Assembly: GCF_964355755.1 (NCBI RefSeq)
Contig: NC_092678.1
Location: 20,415,365 to 20,479,364, forward strand
Reading direction: 5' to 3'
DNA length: 64,000 nt
Source of the DNA: Antedon mediterranea
Taxonomy: Eukaryota; Animalia; Echinodermata
Shown here: positions 37,101 to 49,800 of the stretch, piece after piece
Layout of the letters: every line of letters starts with the position of its first letter
How positions within the stretch are numbered: the first letter of the stretch is position 1
Notes under the pieces: generated by a model
Told to the model about the DNA's origin: nothing
The model's input: only the letters and a program-made list of their open reading frames with translations
The model's database searches: none
Translations under genes and position numbers: made by a program

Positions 37101-39478
37101 ATTTGTCTCTTTTCAGCTCACGTTAATCTTGTAAAATAACACGCCAAGTTTTAAGGTAAGCCTAATAATTTATCTTCTTACGTATCTTTATATCAGAGGA
37201 AATGGAATTTAGGTTTGATTCCCATATACAAGTTCGTAAGCGTAACGTAATCGATTTGACCAATGACGGCGCGATGGATTATCCGAACTGTCGCTTGTGA
37301 TTGGTCAACTTACGTTACGTCCTAGTGGGAACCAAGCCTTACACTATTCGGGTCGGGTCGGGTAATATGTTACCTCTTTACTACTGTATTGTATTTCTGT
37401 GTTGTATTATCAAATCATAATATAAGAGTTTCAAACAAGGATTTCGAAATTTCTTTTCACAAACCAGATGAACAATATCCTTTTACATCTTACACTTCTA
37501 CCGTATTCTGGGTTAAAATGTCATACCAAAAAATGCATCAGTAGTCACAAACCTGCATCTAGAACTCTTGTGACCACCGTGGCATCAAACTCTGGTACAT
37601 ATCCTTCCATTACCCATGATCCTCCCATCATAGGTACCCCAGAGACGGCGATGGTGTCTTTCATTACAATGCGTTTACCTCTTAGTATTCCCTTTGGCGC
37701 TCCAGAAATATTAGTTTTCCAATACCTGCAAGTAAACCAACCTAATTAGACAATTTGTTTGGTAGGTACCATTAACTACCCGAATAATAGCAAAAAATCA
37801 AACAGTGCTGAATCTTTTATGTTTCTTTTTATGTTTCTTATATCTGTATAATGCCATCTCTGTATGATGTCATCTTCTCTGTAAGATGTCATCTCTGTAT
37901 GTTATTATCTCTGTATGATGTCATCTTTGTATGGTGTCAGCTCTGTGTGATGCCATCTCTGTAAGATGTCATCTCTGTATGTTATTATCTATGTATGATG
38001 TCATCTTTGTATGGTGTCAGCTCTGTGTGATGCCATCTCTGTACGATGTCATCTCTGAATGTTATTATCTCTGTATGATGTCATCTCTGTGTGATGTCAT
38101 CTCCATGTGATGTCATCTCTGTGTGATGTCATCTCTGTATGGTATTATCTCTGTATGATGTCATGTCTGTATGATGTCATCTCTGTATAAATGTCATCTC
38201 TGTATGTGTTGTCAACTCTGTATGGTATTATCTCTGTATGATTTCATCTCTGTATGATGTCATCTCTGTACGATGTCCTATCTGTATGGTGTCATCTCTG
38301 CATGATGCCCTCTCTGCATGATGTCATCTCTGTATGGTATCATATCTGTATGATCTCCTAATGTCATCCGGCTGTATGATGTCATATATCTGTATGAGGT
38401 CATCTCTGAATCTATGTCTTGTTCTTCCTTATTTTATTTCATTCAACTTTATTGGTGATCGTTCTTAGGAGATGCCATGTTTCTCAATTATTATTCTTTG
38501 GTAAGATACTTTTCTCTTAGAACATAGGATGTTGCTAGTTGTCGGTCTTTGTATTGTCTAACTAAATGTCAACAATAGCTATGACACTCGCTCGATGTTA
38601 TATTTGGTGTCATATTATAGGCCTATCTATTTATACCTACCACGCATTTAGTGGATTTTCCTCCGCCGTAGGTCTGTAACCCGGTAGTCTCGGGTACTTC
38701 ACTGGAAGCGTAATCTCCGGCAGCTTTTCTATTTCGTTATAACAGCCAATGATATCCTTCATTAGATCCCTGTATTCGGCTACTTCTTCTTCACTTAGAT
38801 CAATTCCGATTCTCTGGGAAAGTTCTTTCGTCTTTTTTATACTAGGTAAGCGAACTGGAGGTGAACTGTAGGGTACATCTGAAACAGATGATATGTGTTC
38901 GACTGTTAATAATTTTTCGAATGGACTTTTGTTTTATCCTTTTGATGAACATGGAACGTTTTAGATTTTTAAGAAAATTCGTTGATTTACTGTGTATTGA
39001 CACTAGTAATACACTTGATTTTACATCTGTCAGTTGATTGTGTCTAACTAACTCTTGCAAGTCATATAAAAACAAGTTTAGCTGCATTAAATAAGATACT
39101 CTCTGTCACTAGAAGAAATGCACAATTCACTTTATGCGTACATACTTTCCGACAGATATATCGTTTATTAAAAGTATTTTAATACAGCTAGACTGTTTAT
39201 AGATGACTTGCGATAGTCAGTCAGACTCTATCTACTGACAACTGCAGAATAGGGTGAATAATGTAAAAAATTAAAATTAACAATTGACAAGGCCTTCTTT
39301 TTTTTAGCATTTTTTTTTTCAATAATGGATGGATTCTTACATAATGTTAATGAATTAATTAAATATATGAATCTACCGCAGTTTACTGCAGTACGAAAGA
39401 ACAATTATTGGAATAATTCTAACATTAAGGCAGTGAATACAAAGAAAATATAAATTGTAGGCTACACTTACGTGCCAT
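34153..39478 (-). CDS. Amidase-signature family amidase B (multi-exon)
   Basis: Micro-exon ATGGCAC|gtaagt (39478-39472), then exons approx 38878-38641, 37724-37552, 37000-36861, 36515-36238, 36006-35841, 35419-35357, 34960-34860, 34777-34590, 34339-34153. Same intron phases and catalytic motifs as amidase A. Confidence 0.92.
34998..35120 (+). mobile_element. HINE/DINE-1-like short element (Helentron-associated type), copy 1
   Basis: T-run, agtcgcgtgc ... (gtcg)n microsatellite ... gcacgcgact subterminal inverted repeat and short 3' end; second copy at ~40124. Confidence 0.55.
37850..38410. repeat. Minisatellite with ~16-bp unit (tgatgtcatctctgta) in an amidase B intron
   Basis: Degenerate units over ~560 bp. 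Confidence 0.93.
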
Positions 39479-40123
39479 TTTATCTGTTCGATGTTCGGTT
39501 TCTCGGTGAACAAAATATCAAATCAACTAATACTGAAAATCCTTGAACGTGCCTGGTATAGAGGTTGGCATAGGTTTTCTTTTTCCAATTTGTTACTGCC
39601 TTTAAATTTACTTAATTGAGTAAATTTATAAATAAACTTAATTGTATTAATATCTTGACTTGGTTTAGTTTGATTGTTTGATCTCATAACAAGTGAGTAG
39701 CATTTATGTACGTTTGACGAATTTCATTTGCACACATAATAAACTCTCTTAAATGGCTATTACGTATTATTAGTAGGCGTTTTGGTTCAATAAATAAAGA
39801 AAGTGTCTCCATTAAAAAAAATTAGGATAGAAAGGATATAGTATATTGTTTGTGGTTAAATAGTTTAATAAGCCAATTTAATATTATGGTTAACATTATG
39901 CCGGTAGTGATAGGAAATCAAACAGCAGTTATACACAATTTCGTTAAATACAATTTATTTATTAAAAATCAACTATTATTACATACACAGTATTCAAGAA
40001 TTAGGAAAATATATTATATAACATTTTTTACAGGCCTAACTACTGTAGTTTAATTTTTAAAACATTTAAAACCTGAATTAAAACACTTCAAACTAGATTA
40101 ATTGTTTTTTCATTAGTTGCTGG

Positions 40124-40222
40124 TTTTTAGTCGCTTGCAACGCGACTCTAAAGCTCACTATGTCGGTCGGTTGGCCGGTCGGTTGGTCGGTAAACACTTG
40201 AGCACGCGACTATGTGCAGCCA
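40124..40222 (+). mobile_element. HINE/DINE-1-like short element, copy 2
   Basis: ttttagtcgcttgcaacgcgactcta...(gtcg)n...gagcacgcgact...gccatgtagcctatatggc hairpin. Confidence 0.55.
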
Positions 40223-40440
40223 TGTAGCCTATATGGCCTTGTAAAAATGCATTAGCCTTCTTTCTCTCTAAAAGTGGCATTTAAAATGTTATAGGCCTAC
40301 TATTATTTCATTTATTATCTTATTTGTATAAGGCGGTCATGAAAGCTTTCGGCTAGGCAGGCGTATTTTTTTCAGAAGTGCAGTGTTTCTTCTAAATTCA
40401 CTGAGCCTACCCTAACACTTAACCAAACCTTCCGTTATCC

Positions 40441-40740
40441 AGGCTTGGTTCCCACTAGAGACGCAAAACAATGACGGAGACGCAACGCAAGCGAGTTGAC
40501 CAATGACAAGCTAGAATAAATATATATATTCATTCCGCTTTAATCTTGCGTATCTAGTGGGAACCAAGCTTAAAGCGTGGTTCCCTCTAGAGACGTAAGT
40601 GAATTGACCAATCACAAGCGATGGATTATTCGATCTGTTGCTTGTCTTTGGTCTACAAGCTTGCGTTGGGTTTACGTCATTGTTTTGCGTCTCTAATGGG
40701 AACCAAGATTTAGCTAGAGACGCAACGCAAGCGAGTTCCT
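40441..40740. mobile_element. Tandem copies of MITE family 2 (TIR aggcttggttcccactag)
   Basis: Two palindromic ~130-bp copies joined by TAA plus a fragment. Related copies at ~6280-6480, 32160-32412, 32735-32840, 37210-37341, 41300-41430, 43390-43471, 44075-44228 (core ttgaccaatcacaagcgatggattatt). Confidence 0.8.
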
Positions 40741-40865
40741 CAGGCCTACTAATTCATCCTTTTAATGTTTAAAATATACATGAATAAAATAACTTTGTCG
40801 TATGGACATGACGTCAAAAACGAAAAAAAAATAGGCCTAAGTGTAGGCCTACAATCCCATTTGTA

Positions 40866-43800
40866 TCACTTAAAGTCGCCCGGGCTCATTATAGCCCTTA
40901 TCCAGGATTCTCTCTCTTCTGTACTGGATGCCTGAAATATGTATTGTTTTCCCTTCCTTGTTTTCACTCTAAACAGATTGGAACGAGATTTATTTTTCAC
41001 TTTCGAGTCTGAAATCCAAACAAGCATGGTAATAAACATTTATTAGTTAGTGGTAATTAAAATTTATTAACATTATTATATGTTCCTAGAAACATAAAGA
41101 AAATACAATGTCATCTTTAGGCTACGTGCACACAATTGTGGATAGGCATCTGATTTGCATCAAATATCCACCCGCGTGTTTTGCCCCGCTCAGTAAAGTG
41201 GAATTGTGCATTGCGTCGGTTTATCTTCTCATTTTGCTAGCCTACATTTTCCTGAAGTCATGGTTTTGAACAAACACCGACACAAATTATAATTATTTAA
41301 GCTTCGTTCACACTGGGACGTAACGCAAAGACGCAACGCAAGTGTGAATTGACCAATGACAAGCAACAAATCGATTAATCCATTGCGATAGGTCAGATCA
41401 CTTGCCTTATGTCTAGTGGGAACTAAGCGTCAGCCTTATACTAAATCGTGTTTAATCTTAGTAAACAGAGGGATATCTTTCCTTCAACCTCCAATCAGCG
41501 TCGGTACGGGTATGAAATGCCATGTGTGCCAACATTTTAGTCTACTCCATAGCATTTTTATTATTATACTGTTTTGACGGTCACGACTTAAACTTCAATG
41601 ACTTACTGTGACCTCCTTCCATCCATACACTGTATACGTATGTTTGTTTAAATGCATTTTAAATAAGTGGAAAATACACGAAACGAAAATTACCGTCTAG
41701 CCTAATGTTTGAAAAACATAATTTTTAATTTTCCTTTCGTCGACGTGAATATCATATTTTTATTTAGTTTCTGGTTTTTATTAATGTCTTTAATAAGCGA
41801 CCATTATGATTTATCACAAATAGCGTGAGTGATGCATGATTGGAAGGAATTGAGAGCAATAGCGCCACCAGCATAATAAAAACTTTATATACTAAATAAT
41901 GGTGGCGCTATTGCTCTCCATTCCGTCCCGTCATGCATCGCTCACGCTATAAACTGCATTATGTCAAATTTACACGATAACCACGATTGCGTACGCGTGC
42001 CTTTCTCTGTTTCGTATATTTTTCGATTCATATTAATCTGTGTCCACACGAGTGTTGGTACACTTACCTGATGAATCTGTATTTAATATTTCAACCGAAC
42101 AATAGTTTATATCTACTTCTCCGAGTGGTTTTTCCTCATCAATCTGAAATAGGATTAGATTAGATTAAATTAGACTGGTTGGATTAATCCGAGAGTGTAA
42201 TGTGGTGTAATGGTTAGGAAATCTGAGATCTTAGGAGATCCTGCTTTTTAATTAAATAAGATACTTAAAGATGAGCGGCGTATCAATTTGATCTCTGGTG
42301 CGCTTGCGTACAATTGAGGGACTATAGTGCTCTTCTGTACCACGCCGAGAGTGTTAAAGAGTCGCTATCAGATCGGATTTGAACAATACCATGAAAGCCC
42401 CAGTGGTATAATGGTTAGGAAATCTGATTGCTTCTTAAATAAGATACTTAAAGATGAGCGGCGTATCAATTTGATCTCTGGTGCGCTTGCGTACAATTGA
42501 GGGACTAGCGCTGTTCTGAAGTACCACGCCGAGAATGTTAAAGAATCGCTATCCAATCAAGTTTGAACACTACCATAAAAAGCCCCAGTGGTCTAATAGT
42601 TAGAACATCTGCATATCATGGAGAAGGTCCCCGGTTCGAATCTTTGTTGGGGCGAATTCAGAATGTGTTCTATGCCAGTAGTGTTTATTATACATCTAAT
42701 AATTATATATTTATTTATAGTTGTAACCGTGGGATTAACCCTGCAGAACAACCAATAGGGATTGTGGTTCCGAAAACTGTCTATGTTCATGTAAGGTATG
42801 TCTATATTAACAATTGGTAATTCCAGATTAGCAATATCCTGTAGATATTCACCTTTGACCCCCGATAATACTGTAATAATTGTGGCTTATCCCATAATAG
42901 GAATAATCTAGCTTTCCACGTTCGGCGCACGTGACCCTGTAAAATATAACAGACAGAACATGAATAGTTTGGATGAATCATGAATGGGTGATGAATACAC
43001 GAATAAACTTAATTGTGATAGCTTGTCTTGCTGTAAAAACATCAACATTTTACTGTCTTTTCATGCTGTTAAGTAAGCAAATATTTAACACAATGTACGG
43101 TATGTATAGTGGGCTCTACTATACAAACACAATGCTGTTTAAAATTGGACCTCTTAACAAACATAATGCCACTTGTGGGGCATGATAACAAACAATGCAA
43201 ATAGGGAAATTACATTTCATCGCGTATAAATTATGTATAGATTTTCATTGGCACTCAGTGATCTAACTCAACGCAATAGCGCTCTAGGCTTATTGGTAAC
43301 CGTGATTGTAATTCAAACCCAAAAGATATAATATACATTTAAAAGTTTGTAACAAAGTTCAAAGCAGTTAATGCTTGATTCATGTTAAATCTTGGTTCCC
43401 ACTAGCGACACAACGTAACACAACATACGCAACGTAAGAAAAGGGAGGGAGAGGAGAGGGAACCAAGCTTAATGGTCTGTCTACACTATCACTTTATGTG
43501 ACAAAAAAAATGTGATATGCCCATATGTGGAAACGATGATGTCATCTCACTACCATTTTTTAAGCATATCACTACCATTATTTGGTAAACCATCAGGTAA
43601 CTGGTTCAATATTTCACACAGTCCAAAGACAAACATTAACCTTTGAACTTACCCTTTTTAATAGAAATCCTTGTTTAATCAATTTTCCACCTTCCGGTCC
43701 ATTTAATAATTTTGAAGGTATCACTACCTTCTCTTTTGCCCTTTTCAATTGTTTTTCGTCGTCTGAATCGGATTCATCGCTACTACTAGTGAATGTATCT

Positions 43801-46800
43801 TTGTTGTTAGATGTGAAGGCTGACTGGATAAAATAAAAGAAAGAATTCATAATTTACGAGAAAGGGAATTAACGAATAATTTATCATGATTATAAATACA
43901 TACAGTTTGCAAACGTATAATCAGCTATTGTTGTTGATATGAAATGAAATAGACCCACTGCAGCCATGTAATATTTCGTTATTGTTACTTAAAGGGTCAC
44001 TAGGCCTATAGAAAACTACAAATTCAACAATGGTAATGTAACGACTTTAATGTAATTATGACAGTGGTCTTTCGGAGTTGGTGGACACTAGAGGACACAG
44101 CGCAAGAATGTACGCGTAACAACACTGACCAATCACAATGGATGGATGATTATCCCCCGTGCGTCGTAATTGGTCAAATTAATAATGCGCAACCTCCCTT
44201 CATCGCTTTCTAGTTGGAAATAAGCTTTACGCAAAATGAGATTAGTTTAATGATTTCAAAGGTAGAATTTGAGGAACAATAGACACACAGCAGCCATCAA
44301 AATGTCACTTACAAATCGATATAATGCATGTCGTTCGTCTTGGAATGTTTTTGCGTCTTTCATCCCGTTAGTGTCACCCTCTAGTGCTTGTAGATAAGCC
44401 CGCCCAAGTAGCCTATTGCATTGCTGAACTCCGTCCTCTCGATTTGAGACAAACGACCATTCTAAGAGCCAGTCTACCAAAGCCACTCCTGTTAAAGGTA
44501 CATTAAAAAAGCGTGATGTGCCCAAATATGGTAGTACTATACCCATGGTAGTGATTTGACATCATCATGTCCATATATGGGCACATCCCATATGTTGTCA
44601 CATAACATTTGATAGTGTAGACAGAGCTTTAGAATTAGGATCAATGGTGTTTGTGTCACGTAAATAAATTGTTCTTCCGGGTGTGATGGAACTCATCGCC
44701 AACATTGATGAATTACGGCATAATTATTACTTGGCAAAATCCCAAAGAATTTTACTTGTTAGCACGGAACACAATTTTTAACTTATTTTTCTGATTTGTT
44801 CCTGATTGTAAATAGCTTTATATCAATAGATTATGTCTTTTGATTTTCAATAAAATCGGTATATCGATGACGTCACAAAAGCATATTATTATTATATTGA
44901 TAGTTGTTTTGTGTTGCTTTTGATTGGAAACAGTATAGTAGTTGGATACCCGGCCGCCTTACCTGTAAAACAGTGATTGTATTTTTTAGTACCGACAACG
45001 TGCGTGTCCAGTTGAATACCACCTCCAGAATCTTGCATCGCTGATACAAGATCACTTATATAAAAAAAGAAGGAAGTGAATATTAAATCAATAATACGCC
45101 TACATGGAGAGGGATGAGGATACAATCGAGATGTTTAGGAGCATGGACATGGGAGATATCAAACCTATAATATTTTATGAAATTAGTTGGGTTAGGCTCG
45201 TGTTGTAGGCCTATGTGATGTGACTATTGTATAGCATACTGACATTGTAGGCTATTGCATAATTGAATGTATACGCAATGTCATGACGGGTGCATGTACC
45301 TATTGCATTGATAGCATACTACATTTTAGGCTATTTCATAATGGAATATACGGAAGAAATTAATATCTATTGCTTTCCAAGAACAGTTACCATTTATAAA
45401 ATAGCATAAAATGTGAATGAAAATAAATACATAGAAAAACATTACACTTAAGAAATCAAACATGCAAAGCAGGGGGATAACCCTTTAAGCCCAAACGCTT
45501 GTTTAGTGTAAGCATTCTCCATGGTGTAAGTGTTACCCCGCCCGGCCGGTGGCCAAATTTCACGCTTCCTGGCACACTTCGCCTGATTTTTCAGTAGGCC
45601 TACATTAGGTCATGGAGGTATAAAAATAGATTTTTTTTTTCTATTTTTATACCTCCATGATTAGGTATTGTATAAATTACGGTTGAATCATACTGAAATC
45701 CATTAATCAAATCTTCGAAAATATTAAATATGTGTTAAATATTTATGATTTTGTTTTACAGTGATCAATTCTTGTGTGGTTATTAGTTTCTATTAAAAGT
45801 ATAATATAATTTCAGTATAGGCCTAACAATCGAATAATATTATTTACAGTTTCTTAAATGAACTATTTTTTATCTCAAGAAACATCATAACCAGGAAATT
45901 ACAGGTGTGGTTAGACATTAAGACTTTGAACTTTGTTCATGATGTAATCATAGAGGTGGTATACCTCCATGGTATAATTATATTCCCCATCATTGGTGAA
46001 GAGGATTAGATGGATTAAAAGATTACATCAGATGTTATGAATGGCATTAAGCCTAATAATAACAATGCATGTTCATATGATTCAATAGAAGTTAAATTCC
46101 CTTTTTTCATAGCGTTTTGTTTTGGTTCCTTACTAATCACAGTATTTAGGGAAAATAAAGTCATCCATTGGTAATTTAATTTCTTTAAGTTGAGCGCAGA
46201 GGTCAGATTTGAAAAATAAAACCAATGGTTTTGTCCAAGGGAAACTAAGGGAAATAATGTGATGTAGGCCTATCTAAAAATAGCTTGTTTACTTTGGGAC
46301 TTAGGTGTGGCCCAACTAATGACAGCCAATAGCGTTAGGATTACATTCGGCTACAAACCATCCCATTGGTTGACTTACTTTAAAGACTTGTCGTGTTCTT
46401 TACCGTCTACTCGAACGGCATCAACTCCTCTGATAGCCTCACTGATGGCAGCTACCCATTCTTCTCTTTCAGCGTCACCAGATGCTTGAACCAGAAGATC
46501 TTGACCAGCCATGGATGATATTTGAAATACGTCCTAAATTTAAAAGATGTTACATATAAAAACGGTACATTTAAAACGACTTTGTGATTATTAAGTTAAT
46601 ATATTCCCAACTAGAATTCTTGTTTAAAACAAGTGATTTAGAAATGTTAAAATTGTAACATACACCAAATTACTGGCGATGCCTACACTAATAAACTAGT
46701 TTGACAAAAAAAGTGATGTGCCCAAATAATGGTAGTGATATGCCCAAATATGATAGTGCATCATCATGTCATATATGGACACATCACATTTTTTGTCACA

Positions 46801-49800
46801 TATTAATGGTTTAGACAAGCCTTAAGATATTTAAGCACTTGAAAGTGAGCAAAATACTTTATTATTGCGGACCACCATATTTTAAGATACAGTTAATTCG
46901 AGATTTCAAAAAGATTTGTGACGTCATCAAATATATTGCAACGTCAATAGGCATGATAGGCTATATAGGATAGTAAATTATTACAACTTGGACAGGCACA
47001 CAACAGAAAGATATACAAGTAAACGCACTGGTCATTTTTCCAAGTAGTAAATTATAACATTGATACTAACAATGCGTTGTTCTAGAATTATAGAAATATT
47101 TTCAACTCAGTGGGAAGCTTTCTAATTACAGGTTACTGCACCTCATAGGAAGTACTCTGACTATATTTATAATTTAAAAAAATAAATATTTTAAAAAGAA
47201 AGTTCAAGCGAGCAGGAAAACAATGCGCAAATATATAGCGTGTTGGAATTATTGCTTTAAGACGTCGTCTACGGTTACATTCATTATTGTCGTCGCAGTC
47301 GCCGCCGTCCTCGTCGTAGTGGTTATAATTGTGGTCGTCATTGTCGCCTTCGTTATCATTGTTTTGTATTCGTCATAGTCGTCGTCCTTTTCGTAGTGGT
47401 TGTCATGGTTGTGGTCGTCATTTTTATCTTCGTCATCTTTGTCTTGTGTTCGTCATAGTCGTCGTCGTAGCGGTTGTAATTGTTGTGGTCGTCATTGTCG
47501 TATTCGTCATTGTCGTCTATTGTATTCGTCGTCGTCGTCGTCCTCGTTGTAGTGGTCACCATTGTCATCTTCGTCATCATCATCCTCTTTGCGTTCGTCA
47601 TATCGTCGGCGTCCTCGTCGTAGTGGTCGCCATTGTCATCTTCGTCATCATTGTATTTGTATGCGTCATCGTCGTTGTCATCACCATCATCGTCGTCGAT
47701 GTTTTCGTCACCAATATTTACAATAAATGTACAAACCGTTTTCTTAGTGTATTGCGGAACGGGTGAGATAACAGAGCTTCCTTTTAATATGACGACACCA
47801 GCCGCCGCCTCGTCTTCCTTCTTTTTATAATATCGTAGTTCCTCCGGGAACAATACAAACCACCGGGTTCTCCAGTTGGTACGAACATGACCCTACGAGT
47901 AAAAGGTTTAAATTCAATGTAAAACAGTGTGTGATCTTAATAAAATAAATAGGAACGGATGTACGTGATTCCGAATGGTGATGTGATGCAATTGTATACC
48001 ACTCTGCTCGGAGAGGATCTTTTGTATCCGTAATATCATAACCCATACATTACATTTATGATTTAAATGGTTAATAACTTCCCTTCCTATGCGTTATTCC
48101 GTACTATTTCTTTGAAGAGAAATAATGGAAAAATGCATTTATTATTATACCAATGTTGGCGATCTAGAAATGGAAACGTGTTGATGAAGCCATAAAGATA
48201 TAGCGAGATTACTCCCGGTTAAAGTATTTTATTAATTTTATAATTTTTTTTTGGAGCGGTTAACCGACATCTGCTTGCTTCCGGTGATGCAAAAACGTCA
48301 GCTTATAACTTACGGAAACAATATCTACAATTGGCAATTGATATAGGATTCTGATAAACTTTGAACACGTTCAAGCTAAATTGAATTTTGTGTTAGGCCT
48401 GTTGTGTTAAAAGGTCTCTCTCTGACCACCGTCCCATCCGACCTATATCTATACAAAACCTCCCGATACCATTAAGCCGCAAATTGTTGGTTGTGAGTCC
48501 AGAAATGCCCGTTCACACAGGGACACCTTTGATTAAAACAATGGCTAAAGGCCTATTTACACAGACGAACAATAACAGTAATGAATATTGAGTTCCGCTC
48601 AGAATAGATACAGATTCTACGTGGGATCGGACAAGCTACGCGGTTTTCCGCTTACCCTTACCGCTCGTCTGTGTAAATTTGGCTTAACAAGTGCATTCAA
48701 TGTTGTGTTTGCAGATGTGTTATGACAAAACAAAATAGTGATGATTATATAAAAATATATAGAAATATACAGAAATGATTTTAATTAAGCTTATTGTTAT
48801 AAAATGCTGGGATTATACAGGTCGTTAGAATTAATCTATCTTCACAACACAAAAAAACAGAAAAAAAAATTTTAAAATTATACATACTTATACAGTGCTT
48901 AATCATTGCATTCCGGAGGTGATTCTTTTCTGCTGGAGTGGTTGTAGGAATTAATAGATTTAATCATTGGCCATTCATTCATACAAATTCATTACAATAA
49001 CAAATACTATAGTATTGCATTTTGTTTACTCTTAAATCAACGTTGAAATTTCAACAATTGAATGTCAAACAAATACTCGTTATAACTATTGGTTCTGCCG
49101 TAACAATTTAACTTTGACATTTTCGTGGGAACAATAGCAATAATTGCGAACCGCATGTAGGTCGGAAACTTAAGTAAACTCAGACAAGTGTGACAGAACA
49201 GATTAATTTATACACTTGATATTGGTAAAAATAGCCTACAATACAATTAAAAAAACTAATTTGACACTTCTCTATGTGACCTGATTGCCTTTTATATCGG
49301 ACCTACACTACTGAAGTTATTATCGTGAACCCACTATGAAACTCTGTCTTCACTATGAAACTTTATGTGACAAAAAATGTGATGTGCCCATGATGATGTC
49401 ATATCACTACTATATTTAGGCACATCATTTTTCAAACTAATTGATAGTGTAGATAGGGCTTTACTGAATATCACTTCGTTTCGTTTTTTCGTTTATTTAT
49501 TTTTTTTTCCACTCACTTATATATATATATATCATTTACATTTACATAACATATATTAAATGTGGATGGATGGAAGTCACAGTAAGTTCACTGAACTTTA
49601 AGTCGTGACTCCCGTATGCCTATAAGTATACTAACATTGCTACAGAGTAGACTAAAATATGAATATATAATAGTGAAAGTACATAAAATCAAAAAAAAAA
49701 AAAAAAAATTAAATTATAGAAGTTAAGATAAATTACTAACTTTATATTTTAGAAGTTTGTATGAGTTCCTTCTCCTAAGGTTTTCCCCATTAAAATTTCA

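Noticed and set aside
9895-38410. Regular repeats at 9895-10242 and 37850-38410 as CRISPR arrays
   Set aside because: Contiguous degenerate units without unique spacers, no cas genes, eukaryotic context.
23996-39478. Bacterial contamination explaining the bacterial-like amidases; also a FAAH or QRSL1 gene symbol
   Set aside because: Both genes have many phase-consistent GT-AG introns and host repeats; the motifs do not let me assign a vertebrate ortholog.
42582-42654. Functional tRNA gene
   Set aside because: Mismatched anticodon and T stems, and related heads in adjacent repeats, indicate a SINE or pseudogene.
47329-47766. Asp/Thr/Val-rich ORFs suggesting an acidic insert in pleckstrin
   Set aside because: Exon 2 has a GT donor after YTKKT and the PH domain resumes at ~46533; the tract is an intronic trinucleotide repeat.
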